DNA of 64,000 nt from Planctomycetota bacterium. GTDB lineage: Bacteria > Planctomycetota > JAMOSO01. Both the position numbers and the translations under genes were made by a program. Location of the stretch: the NCBI GenBank assembly GCA_027063065.1, contig JAMOSO010000007.1:1290-65289 (forward strand). The letters run 5' to 3'. Positions 28,691-38,579 of this stretch are shown in pieces. Position 1 is the first letter of the stretch; each line of letters begins with the position of its first letter. A model generated the notes under the pieces. It saw nothing but the letters and a program-made list of their open reading frames with translations, was not told the DNA's origin and made no database searches.

Positions 28691-31600
28691 ATGAAGGCGT
28701 ATTTTAAAATAATTTGCATAATATTGGTAATCACTGGTACAGCTTATGCCAATCAAAATTGGCCAATGTATCGTGGTGATAATCAGCGTAGTGGCATAGT
28801 AGATGCCAAGCTAACATTGCCATTGCAAACGTCATGGGTGCATAAGCCTTTAAATGAGCCTAATCCATCTTGGCCAAAACCAGCTAAGCAAGATTTTTGG
28901 CATCGTGTTGCTAAATTAAGTCCAACAACTATTTATGATAGGGCATTTCATCCAATTATTTTTAACGGTATGGTTGCTTATTCATCATCTGCGGATGATA
29001 CCGTTTATTGTTTGGATGCAAAAACAGGCAAAAACATTTGGCATTTTAGCACTAACGGTCCTGTTAGACTGGCACCTGCATATAAAGAAGGCAGGTTGTA
29101 TGTTGGTTCTGATGATGGATATTTGTATTGTCTTAATAGCAATAATGGTGAGTTGATTTGGAAATTTTGGGCTGGCGATGACAAACAACGTTTGTTTTTG
29201 GGTAATTCGCGTTTGATTTCTCGTCAACCTGTGCGTACAGGAGTTGTTTTTAAGGATGGCTTTGTTTATGTAATAGCAGGCTTATTTGCTAAAGAATCTA
29301 TTTGTTTATCTGCTGTTAATATGCAAACAGGTAAAGCTAAATATAAAACAAAAGTAGATGTGCCAGCTCAAGGATATATCACTTTATTTAAAAATAAATT
29401 AAGTTTTCCTGTGGGGCGTACTGCACAGGCTGTATATAATATAGAGACAGGCAAAAAACTTTTTAGCTTTGCGCCAGGCTCAAATGCGGCTGTATATGAC
29501 AATTTGTTTTTTTCTGGTGTTGATGAAAGGGGCTTTGGAACATTGTTTTTAGTCGATGATGGCAAAAAAACAGTTGTGGCTAAGCTTCAGGCACATCAAA
29601 TAACAGTTATTAAAGATATTTTATATGTTTTTACTAACAACACCATAACTGCCTATAAAAGAAATGATTTTGTAAATTCGTCAGTTAAATATAGTCAATT
29701 AGCTTTGGTTAAGCATAACCAGCGAGACGCCAAATGGAAAGCTGCCGCAAAAGCTGCTTTAAAAATAAAGCAAAATAGCAAGTTATGGAGCGCACCTGTA
29801 CGCGAAAACATCTCAGTTATTACTACGGCAGATTATTTTATTTTGGGATGTAAAAATAAAGTTGTGGCAGTGTCAAAAACAGCAGGAAAAATTTTATGGC
29901 AGGCAAAAACAGAAGGAAAAATTTATGGCTTGGCAGTTGTAGATAATTGTTTGGTTGCCGCTAGTGATAATGGTAACATTTATTGTTTTAATAATGTTAA
30001 TAAGAAAACGCCTACAAATATTATTACAACTTCTAAAAAAACACCAGAGGCTACATATCAGCGTAATTATGATGACAGTTTGTCTAATGCTTGGATATTT
30101 TCAAAGTCCAGCATTGATAAAGGATTTGTAAAGGATCAAAAAGGCATTAGGGATGTGGCTGTTCCAGTGGCGCAAATAGTAACGGATAAAAAAAATAGTT
30201 ACCTTAAATTGTCAGGTAAATCTTGTGTGTCAGTAGGTGATGAAACTAATATCAATCTTTTACCTAAAAAAGCATTTACATTGGAAGCAATAGTTTTAAT
30301 TAGTAAACCATTAAAATGGGGCGGTATTATTGGTGCATTTCAAGATAATGGCAACGATGAACATGGTTGGGTGTTAGGTTTTTTAAATCAACGCTTTATG
30401 TTTGGGCTTAAATGCAAAGATTCAAAACAATTAACTTATTTAAAATCTGCTCAAAATTTTAAGCTTCATACTTGGTATCATGTGGTTGCTACTTATGATG
30501 GCACAGATATGGTGCTTTATATAAATGGTAAAAAATCGGCCTCGTCTAAAGCCCAACGGGGTGAGATAGATTACAGTAAAAACTTTTTTTATGATATCGG
30601 CAGTTATCACGATGATAATGAATTTTATAAAATGTCAGGACGTTTGTTAGAGGTTGCTGTATATTCTAGTGCATTGACAGCTACACAGGTTGCGGAAATG
30701 TCAGATTTTCTTAAACCTTGGATGCCTGTTGTAAAATTAGCATCTAAGAACTCAAAAGGTAATGTGATATCTAAAGATTTGTATGGCGAACCCAGTGTCT
30801 TATTTGATTATCGTGGTATTTGCACAATATCTTTTACAGAAAAAATGACATTAGATACAAAGGTGGCTTATGGCACAGATCGTAATCAGCTAGAAAAAAC
30901 ACTATCGCCAAAAAATGCTCAGGTGGTGATTAGTGATTTGCAACCCAACACTAAATATTATTTTACAATAGTACCCGCTAACGGGAAAAAAACAAAAATA
31001 TATGAAATGCATACCCCAATAAATCCTTTTAAAACCAAACAAATACAAAGTAGTGTTGCTAAAGTTGCAGAACAAATATTAAAAGCAGGTAATGTTACAA
31101 AAGGGTATTGTTATATTTTAGATTTTGATAATGGTGATTTAGCTTTAGCTTTGGCATCTAAAAGCAATTTGCAAATAATTGGCATTGCTACCGATACTAA
31201 AAAAGCAGCTTTAGTTAGAGAAAAATTTAGAAAAACGGGTTTACTAGGTACGCGTATTACGGTTTTAAATCTAAAAGATTTAAAAAAATTGCCAGCTCGT
31301 ACGGCTAATATTATTACATCAGAGTTATCATATAAAACTAATACATTGCCAGATTATGATGATAAATTAATTAAAAGACTTTTACGTCCTAATGGTGGTA
31401 CTTCTGTTTTTATTACCAGCCAAAATAGTATGGTGTATAAGCGTCCGGCGTTAGAAGGTGCTGGTAGTTGGACACATATCTATGCAGATAGAGGTGCAAG
31501 TGCCAATAGTCAAGATTCTTTAATTACATCAGATATGGAGATTCAATGGTTTGGCCGTCCAGGACCAAGGCGTATGGCAGATAGGCATCATAGGCAAATG

Positions 31601-32758
31601 CCACCTTTATATAGCAATGGCAATTTATTTATTTTAGGCAATAATTATTTATATGGTGTAGATGCTTATAATGGCACAATTTTATGGGAACGAGGCATAC
31701 CTAAATCAAGACGATTAGGTGTGATGTATGATACTGGTATTATGGCGGCATCGGCAGATAAATTATATATTGGTTCGGGTGATAAATGCTTGGCTTTAGA
31801 TGGACGCAGTGGAATAGTAGAAAAAAGTTTTGCCATCTCTTATAAAGATAGTGAAGTTGGTTATATTGCTATTGATAATGATAATTTAATTCTTTCAGCT
31901 CAACCTACAAACGCTTCATGGAATAAACTTTATCGCAATAATGCATTAATGGAAGGTGATTTTAGGCCTATTGCTTGTAGCAGAGCTTTGTTGTCGTATT
32001 CAGTTGCTTCGCAACAAATCAAATGGAAATATAAAAATGGTATTATTTTTAACCCAGCCATTGTGCAAAGCGATGATGCCATTTATTTTTTAGAATCTCG
32101 TAATCCAAACTTGATGAATAAGCCAGACGGTCGTTTTGGTATAAAAGATTTATTGGCAGATGGTTATGGTTTTTTAGTTGCCTTAGATTTAAAGACGGGC
32201 AAAAAATGTTGGCAACAAAAAGTAGATTTACCTTTTACTAATATTGTCTTTTTAAATTATAGTCATAATGTTGTTGTGGCTAGCGGTAGTTACAATATGG
32301 ATAAGCACGTAAAATATCAAGTGTCTGGATACGATGCTAAAGATGGTAGTTTAAAATGGCAACATGATGCGTCTTTAAAAGGTATCAAAATTAATGGAGC
32401 TCATGGTGAGCAATGGCAACATCCATTTATATTAAATGGCGCAGTGATATTACAAGCTCACGTTATTGATTTAGCTACTGGCAAAATCAAAAGAGGAGTA
32501 AGAGCAATGGCGCGCAATGGCGGTGGATGTGGTACTATGTCATGTAGTGCTAATTTTACTTTTCAGCGCTACCGTTATCCAACCCAAAAAAATCTAAAAA
32601 CAGGTGTATTGTCAAAATTGACCACAGAAATTAAACCGGGATGCTGGATTAATATGATTCCTGCTGGTGGGATGGTTTTAATTCCAGAAGCTAGTTCTGG
32701 ATGTACCTGTGCCTATGCTATACAAGCTTCAATGGCTTTGGCGCCTAAAGAAGAATAA
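28691..32758 (+). CDS. secreted multidomain protein: PQQ-like beta-propeller / LamG / FN3 / methyltransferase-like / PQQ-like beta-propeller
   Basis: 1355 aa. Signal peptide. Repeated 'DxxxYxLDxxTGKxxWxF' PQQ/BamB-like blades occur at both ends. A LamG-type jelly-roll sits centrally ('HTWYHVVATYDGTDMVLYINGKK'), followed by an FN3-like segment ('LQPNTKYYFTIVPANG'), then a Rossmann-like segment ('CYILDFDNGDLALAL'). Confidence 0.75.
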   Translation: MKAYFKIICIILVITGTAYANQNWPMYRGDNQRSGIVDAKLTLPLQTSWVHKPLNEPNPSWPKPAKQDFWHRVAKLSPTTIYDRAFHPIIFNGMVAYSSSADDTVYCLDAKTGKNIWHFSTNGPVRLAPAYKEGRLYVGSDDGYLYCLNSNNGELIWKFWAGDDKQRLFLGNSRLISRQPVRTGVVFKDGFVYVIAGLFAKESICLSAVNMQTGKAKYKTKVDVPAQGYITLFKNKLSFPVGRTAQAVYNIETGKKLFSFAPGSNAAVYDNLFFSGVDERGFGTLFLVDDGKKTVVAKLQAHQITVIKDILYVFTNNTITAYKRNDFVNSSVKYSQLALVKHNQRDAKWKAAAKAALKIKQNSKLWSAPVRENISVITTADYFILGCKNKVVAVSKTAGKILWQAKTEGKIYGLAVVDNCLVAASDNGNIYCFNNVNKKTPTNIITTSKKTPEATYQRNYDDSLSNAWIFSKSSIDKGFVKDQKGIRDVAVPVAQIVTDKKNSYLKLSGKSCVSVGDETNINLLPKKAFTLEAIVLISKPLKWGGIIGAFQDNGNDEHGWVLGFLNQRFMFGLKCKDSKQLTYLKSAQNFKLHTWYHVVATYDGTDMVLYINGKKSASSKAQRGEIDYSKNFFYDIGSYHDDNEFYKMSGRLLEVAVYSSALTATQVAEMSDFLKPWMPVVKLASKNSKGNVISKDLYGEPSVLFDYRGICTISFTEKMTLDTKVAYGTDRNQLEKTLSPKNAQVVISDLQPNTKYYFTIVPANGKKTKIYEMHTPINPFKTKQIQSSVAKVAEQILKAGNVTKGYCYILDFDNGDLALALASKSNLQIIGIATDTKKAALVREKFRKTGLLGTRITVLNLKDLKKLPARTANIITSELSYKTNTLPDYDDKLIKRLLRPNGGTSVFITSQNSMVYKRPALEGAGSWTHIYADRGASANSQDSLITSDMEIQWFGRPGPRRMADRHHRQMPPLYSNGNLFILGNNYLYGVDAYNGTILWERGIPKSRRLGVMYDTGIMAASADKLYIGSGDKCLALDGRSGIVEKSFAISYKDSEVGYIAIDNDNLILSAQPTNASWNKLYRNNALMEGDFRPIACSRALLSYSVASQQIKWKYKNGIIFNPAIVQSDDAIYFLESRNPNLMNKPDGRFGIKDLLADGYGFLVALDLKTGKKCWQQKVDLPFTNIVFLNYSHNVVVASGSYNMDKHVKYQVSGYDAKDGSLKWQHDASLKGIKINGAHGEQWQHPFILNGAVILQAHVIDLATGKIKRGVRAMARNGGGCGTMSCSANFTFQRYRYPTQKNLKTGVLSKLTTEIKPGCWINMIPAGGMVLIPEASSGCTCAYAIQASMALAPKEE

Positions 32759-32768
32759 AATTAATTAG

Positions 32769-33641
32769 TTATGATTTAGGGTTTTTATGGTACTGATCAC
32801 GGTAATGTTTAGGTGATTGACCGATAATAGTTTTAAACGCTCGGCTAAATGCGTATATATTTTCATAGCCACATTCTTGGGCAATCGTACTGATGCGCAT
32901 ATCAGTAGTGCCTAATAATTTACATGCTTTATGACTTTTAACTTCGCGGATATATCGGCCTAGGCTCATGCCAAAACTTGTTTTAAAAATAAAACTCAAA
33001 TGCGATACAGAACAACATAGACTTTCAGCAAGCTCTGCAATCTGTAAATTTTTATGTATTTGATTATGAATTAATGGCAAAACAGATTCTAGTAATGAAG
33101 AAGGTATAGGTTGGTTATTGGCACAAATAGGGTCTTCATCGATTTTTTGCAATAAATAATGATTTAATAATTCAGCAGCTTGCAAATTTATAGCTCGTAG
33201 ATTACTTATAGAGTTATCTTCATCTTGATATAGTTCTAGCATTTGTTGTGTGTGTTTTATGGCTTTTGAATCGATATTGGTGGTATGAAAACGCAAGTGG
33301 TTTAATTCTTCTGATGAATAATGATCAGGTAATGCAAATGTAGTAAATAACCAAGTAGGATTTGGTGGTACATCAATATAATAATGTTGTTGAAATGGAA
33401 AAATCAAATAAGCATGCATCGGTTCAAAGGGTATTAGTTTGCCATCGACACATAAAGTACCGGTTGTTTTAAAGTTTTGTATTAATACAAAACGGTTGTG
33501 TTGATCAGGTGTAGTATTTGCAAATAATTTAGGTGCGCAAAAACAAATTATGTTTTTTGGAATGACAATTTCCGGTATAGCTAACCCTCTAAAAAATTGT
33601 GGGGGATTAGGTAGATTTCTGATTTGTTGGCACACATCCAT
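32769..33641 (-). CDS. AraC-family transcriptional regulator
   Basis: C-terminal double HTH: 'ISTIAQECGYENIYAFSRAFKTIIGQSPKHYR'. Confidence 0.8.
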   Translation of the reverse strand: MDVCQQIRNLPNPPQFFRGLAIPEIVIPKNIICFCAPKLFANTTPDQHNRFVLIQNFKTTGTLCVDGKLIPFEPMHAYLIFPFQQHYYIDVPPNPTWLFTTFALPDHYSSEELNHLRFHTTNIDSKAIKHTQQMLELYQDEDNSISNLRAINLQAAELLNHYLLQKIDEDPICANNQPIPSSLLESVLPLIHNQIHKNLQIAELAESLCCSVSHLSFIFKTSFGMSLGRYIREVKSHKACKLLGTTDMRISTIAQECGYENIYAFSRAFKTIIGQSPKHYRDQYHKNPKS

Positions 33642-33772
33642 AGATTGTATTATATAGGGTTTTCATAGAAAATGTTAAAAAAATAATTAGAAATACCATT
33701 TATTAATAATGAATTACTATTAAATTATGAACAATAAAATAATTTAAAGTATATTATATAAAGGTTAGTAAA

Positions 33773-35608
33773 ATGGATAAATTCATTATTAAAACACCGC
33801 ACTCAGCTAGTAACATTATTGATTTTGCTGCGATAGAATTACAAAAATATCTTTGTAAGGCTAATTTAGATTTATATTTTAATAACTCAGATTTTCAGCT
33901 GATATATCATTTGAAACTTGATAATAATTTAGATTCAGATGGGTTTTCTATAGCTGTAGATGATAATAATATATATTTGATAGGTTTAAATGAACGATCA
34001 GTTTTATTTGCTGTTTACACTTATTTAGAAAAATATATTGGCTTTAGCTGGCCACATGTTGGTGAAGATGTTTATTCTAATAAGTCTATTGTATATCCAT
34101 CTACTGCTAAAGAAGATTTTAAACCAGATTTTTTTGATCGTGGTTTTAATTTAGAAACAGGTTTTACAGATGATGATATGTTATCCTTTGTTGATTGGAT
34201 AGCTAAAAATCGAATGAATACTGTTGCTATACCGTTTCATTGTTGGGATAAATTTAAAGATATAGTATCTCAACAAATTATAAAACGTGGTATTAAATTA
34301 GTATTAAGTGGTCATTCTTATTTTAAATTTTTACCTAAAGAAAAATATTATGCCGATAACCCTCAATGGTATGCTCTTATTGATGGCAAACGCAAAGAGA
34401 CGGGTCAATTATGTTTTGCTAATAAGCAGGCTATTGATACCTTATATAAAAATGTTTTAGACTATTTAAATCAGCAACCGACAGTATCAAGGTTGTCTAT
34501 ATGGCCAGCTGACAATAAACAATTATGCGAATGCGAACAATGTTCTCAATTTAGTTTCTTAGAAAATTATTGTCGGTTTACCAGTAATTTAAAAAGTTTT
34601 TTGGCAGACAAAGGTTATGTTATTGAAGTTGACCATTTAGCATATAATGCAGCGTTATCAGAGACTATGTTGCATGCACCAGATAATGCCGATGCCCATG
34701 AAAATATTGATACACAACTTGCGTTTTGGGGTCGCAATTATAAATTTCCTTTGGCAGAATCACCAATTTTAACCGATCAAAAATCAAAGGATACTATCGT
34801 TAATTGGTCAAAATTAAGACAGGCAAAATCACAGTCCTTATATATTTTAGAATATTATACTGATTACTGGATGTTAAGCCCGTTATTTCCACCGCTAACT
34901 AATGTGATTGCAAAGGATATGAGTTTTTATAAAAGTATTGGCGTACAAGGTATGTATTCATTATGCGTAGGGTGTTCATTTGGTTTTTTTAAAGGCAAGG
35001 GATATCCTTGGCAATGGCGTCAAGGTTTAAATATGTACGTGTTTGCCAAGGCATGTTGGGACAGTAATTTAGACGTTGATGCAGTATCGGATGCATATTT
35101 CACAGATTATTATGGAGAATATGCTCAGGAGGCAACTAAAATATTTAAAATTTTAGAGCAAAATTTACCATCTTTAACATCTTGTAATATACCATTATTT
35201 AGATTGCGATTTGTTGATATTTGGCAACGTGATGAAACGCCAGAAGAAGGTGGCGTGATGTTTGACCCGCAAGACTGGCACCCAGAGCAATGTCAAAGTA
35301 ATGCCGAAAAAACTAGGGCACTTTTATGCAAAGAAGTTACACAAAATTTTATCAAATGTACCCCAAAAAGTTTTGGTGATAAAAAGTCAATTTACTATGA
35401 CAGGTATATGCACGCGTATAAATATTATGACTATTGTAAAAATAAATTAATTGCATTAAATGCTCAATTAGAAGCTCAACAAGCCATACAGAATGGCGAT
35501 AAAAAATATGCTATTAAATGTTTACAGCAAGCATTGTCATTGCAACATAAATTGTATAATCAAAATATTGATAATTGTAATAAATGGTTAAAAATATTAA
35601 CTGAATAA
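33773..35608 (+). CDS. GH20-related DUF4838-like putative glycosidase
   Basis: 611 aa. An N-terminal GH20b-like segment and a central TIM-barrel-like region. It is divergently paired with the AraC regulator. Confidence 0.45.
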   Translation: MDKFIIKTPHSASNIIDFAAIELQKYLCKANLDLYFNNSDFQLIYHLKLDNNLDSDGFSIAVDDNNIYLIGLNERSVLFAVYTYLEKYIGFSWPHVGEDVYSNKSIVYPSTAKEDFKPDFFDRGFNLETGFTDDDMLSFVDWIAKNRMNTVAIPFHCWDKFKDIVSQQIIKRGIKLVLSGHSYFKFLPKEKYYADNPQWYALIDGKRKETGQLCFANKQAIDTLYKNVLDYLNQQPTVSRLSIWPADNKQLCECEQCSQFSFLENYCRFTSNLKSFLADKGYVIEVDHLAYNAALSETMLHAPDNADAHENIDTQLAFWGRNYKFPLAESPILTDQKSKDTIVNWSKLRQAKSQSLYILEYYTDYWMLSPLFPPLTNVIAKDMSFYKSIGVQGMYSLCVGCSFGFFKGKGYPWQWRQGLNMYVFAKACWDSNLDVDAVSDAYFTDYYGEYAQEATKIFKILEQNLPSLTSCNIPLFRLRFVDIWQRDETPEEGGVMFDPQDWHPEQCQSNAEKTRALLCKEVTQNFIKCTPKSFGDKKSIYYDRYMHAYKYYDYCKNKLIALNAQLEAQQAIQNGDKKYAIKCLQQALSLQHKLYNQNIDNCNKWLKILTE

Positions 35609-35665
35609 TTAATATTTTGATGGTATAGATAGCCGTGGTTATAAAGTCGTGGGTGATTTTTTTAG

Positions 35666-35890
35666 CTCAAAAAGTTTATATCGTTGCTATCCAAAAGATG
35701 TATGCGGTTACATGTTTTAAAATCACTTATATATGATAGTTATCTTAATGCATACGAATCTATAAATGAAGCAAAACAGCGGATAGGTAACTATTGTAAT
35801 AATTACAATAGTTTTAGACCTCATGTAGCTATGAGTGGAAATACGCCAGAGGAGGTTTATTATAAAAAGGAGTTGAAACAAGTGGAATAA
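35666..35890 (+). pseudogene. IS3-family transposase (OrfB integrase core) 3' remnant
   Basis: An in-frame stop at 35663 precedes a 74-codon stretch with no ATG/GTG start; the track uses TTG. It matches the conserved C-terminus of IS3 OrfB: 'YLNAYESINEAKQRIGNYCNNYNSFRPHVAMSGNTPEEVYY'. Confidence 0.6.
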
Positions 35891-36467
35891 AATTTCACAC
35901 TAGAAAATCAGTGGGAGACTGCTACGCAATCGTTAATTAACTTTTTAAAATTTAATGGTTTTTTTCTTATTTACCACTGAATCTGTCTGTTGATTGGGGA
36001 CCGCTTTACCAGAAGAACTCAGTGGATTAAAATTTAAATTTCCTTGCCATTTTATTTGCATTTGTTTATTGGTTTGGCAATAAAAGAGCATGGGGTTGTT
36101 AACGTTTGGTTTGGTGGAAAAATTATGTACAGTAAAATTAATATTATTTAAAATGCGTTTAAAATTAAAACTTTATCAATGAAGTATAACTTACTTTTTG
36201 TGATAGAAATATTTTTTATGTCTAAAGGTGATAAATGCAAAGGTTTATTGTTGGGCTTAGTTTTAGTTGGGTGCTGTAATATAGTTAAAAGATTTATAGA
36301 ATGCTCATGGTTAATTGTTATGTTGATATTTGTTTCTCGACTTTTAAACTCATCTAAAACAATGCGCCATGTAGTTAAACTTTTTATCGCTTAAAAATCT
36401 TTGCATTATACTCGCAAAATTAGTCTAATTATATCCGCAAAAAATCACATTTTTTTATGGAAACCCA

Positions 36468-38579
36468 ATGGATAATATAAATATCATATCAGATAGTTTA
36501 GGCTATAGACACAATAGCGTAAAGGCTGTTTTGGATTTATTAGCAGATGGATCTACTGTGCCATTTATCGCTAGATATAGAAAAGAACAAACAGGCAGTT
36601 TAGATGAGGTGGCGATTGCCAAAATACGTGATACTCATACACAAATTTTAGAATTGTCAAAAAGACGTAACGTTATTATTGCATCATTGTCTGAGAGAGA
36701 TTTATATAAATCTAATTTAAAAAATAGTATTAATAATGCTAGTAGTTTAAAAGAACTAGAAGATTTATATTTACCATACCGCCTTAAAAGACGAACGCGT
36801 GCTACTATAGCTAAAGAAAATGGTTTGCAACCATTGGCAGATAGTATTTTTAACAGTGCTGATATCTCATTGTTAAAAAATGCTGATGAACAATCCATAC
36901 TAGGTGCTCGGGATATTATTGCAGAAAAGATTAGTGAAAACACACAGTTGCGCAAAAAATTACGTGAATTGTATGCCACGCAGGCAATATTGGTTAGCAA
37001 GGTTGTAAAAAAGAAAACAGAATGTGCTATAAAATATAAAGATTATTTTGAGTGGTCAGAAAATGCAAGTAAAGTGCCTTCACATAGATTCTTAGCAATA
37101 TTGCGTGGAGAAAGTGAAGGTTTTTTAAAAGTTCAAATACGCCCTGCGCAGATAGATGCGTTAAGGTTAATGCAACATTATATTATTAAGTCTAAACATA
37201 AAAATCATCCCCTTATCTATAGTCAAATTAAGCAGAGTATTGAAGATGCGTATAAGCGTTTATTAGCACCGTCAATGGAGACAGAGTTGCGATCTGTTTT
37301 AAAAGAAAATGCCGATGAAGATGCTATTAAAGTATTTACGGATAATCTGAGGGAATTACTTATGGCACCGCCGTTAGGGCAAAAGGCAATCTTAGCTATA
37401 GATCCAGGCTTTAGGACAGGTTGCAAAGTAGTTTGTTTAAATCCACAAGGTAAATTGCTTTATAATACAGTGATTTATCCGCAGGCACCTAAATCAGTAA
37501 AAAACTCTGAGCAAATATTGGTTGATTTGGTTGATAAGTATATGATTGAAGCCATAGCAATAGGCAATGGCACGGCGAGCCGTGAGACGGAATCATTTGT
37601 GCGTCAATGTAATTTTAAGCGTAAGCCAATTATTGTACAAGTTAATGAAAGTGGAGCGTCTATTTATTCTGCTTCGGATATTGCTCGTGCAGAATTTCCA
37701 AATGACGATATTACTGTGCGTGGGGCAGTTTCGATTGGACGTAGGTTGGCCGATCCGTTGGCAGAGTTGGTTAAGTTAGATCCAAAATCTATAGGTGTAG
37801 GTCAGTATCAGCATGATGTCGATCAGCATAAACTAAAAAAAGGTTTGGATGATACGGTTGTGTCGTGTGTTAATGCAATAGGGGTAGAACTAAACACAGC
37901 CAGTGCTTATTTGTTGTCTTATGTTTCTGGTTTAGGTATGCAACTAGCACAAAATATTGTTGATTACCGCAATGAAAATGGAGCGTTTACATCTAAGGCG
38001 CAATTAAAAAAGGTTAAGCGTCTAGGGCCAAAAGCATTTGAGCAATCAGCAGGTTTTTTGCGTATTCATAATGCTAAAAATCCTTTGGATAGTTCTGGTG
38101 TTCATCCAGAACGTTATCCTTTAATAGAGCAAATATGTAAAGATTATCAGACTAATATTGCAGATTTAATGCAAGATGCTACATTAAGATCTTCTATTAA
38201 TTTATCAAAATATATAACTAATGATGTTGGTTTGCCTACATTAAAAGATATTATTGTGGAATTATCCAAGCCAGGTAGAGACCCTCGTCAAAAATTTGAG
38301 TTGTTTTCTTTTGCTACAGATATTAATACAGTTGATGATCTTAAAAAGGGGATGCGTTTGCCTGGTATTGTTACTAATGTCACTAATTTTGGTGCGTTTG
38401 TGGATGTGGGGGTGCATCAGGATGGTTTAGTGCATATATCTCAATTGGCTGATAAATTTGTTAAAGATCCATCTGCTATCGTTAAAGTAGGTCAAAAAGT
38501 TAAGGTATGGGTATGTGATATTGATAAAAAACGCGCTCGTATAGCCTTATCGTTGCGTAGTGAGTATCAATGTGATTAA
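36468..38579 (+). CDS. tex: transcription accessory protein Tex
   Basis: 703 aa. YqgF/RuvC-like 'ILAIDPGFRTGCKV', HhH motifs, and a C-terminal S1 domain 'GMRLPGIVTNVTNFGAFVDVGVHQDGLVHIS'. Confidence 0.9.
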   Translation: MDNINIISDSLGYRHNSVKAVLDLLADGSTVPFIARYRKEQTGSLDEVAIAKIRDTHTQILELSKRRNVIIASLSERDLYKSNLKNSINNASSLKELEDLYLPYRLKRRTRATIAKENGLQPLADSIFNSADISLLKNADEQSILGARDIIAEKISENTQLRKKLRELYATQAILVSKVVKKKTECAIKYKDYFEWSENASKVPSHRFLAILRGESEGFLKVQIRPAQIDALRLMQHYIIKSKHKNHPLIYSQIKQSIEDAYKRLLAPSMETELRSVLKENADEDAIKVFTDNLRELLMAPPLGQKAILAIDPGFRTGCKVVCLNPQGKLLYNTVIYPQAPKSVKNSEQILVDLVDKYMIEAIAIGNGTASRETESFVRQCNFKRKPIIVQVNESGASIYSASDIARAEFPNDDITVRGAVSIGRRLADPLAELVKLDPKSIGVGQYQHDVDQHKLKKGLDDTVVSCVNAIGVELNTASAYLLSYVSGLGMQLAQNIVDYRNENGAFTSKAQLKKVKRLGPKAFEQSAGFLRIHNAKNPLDSSGVHPERYPLIEQICKDYQTNIADLMQDATLRSSINLSKYITNDVGLPTLKDIIVELSKPGRDPRQKFELFSFATDINTVDDLKKGMRLPGIVTNVTNFGAFVDVGVHQDGLVHISQLADKFVKDPSAIVKVGQKVKVWVCDIDKKRARIALSLRSEYQCD

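Noticed and set aside
35891-36467. tRNA, sRNA or small gene in the long non-coding stretch after the IS3 remnant, including ORF 36179..36394.
   Set aside because: No T-arm (GTTCRANYC) or cloverleaf-compatible segments were found. The 71-aa ORF is hydrophobic low-complexity with no RBS.
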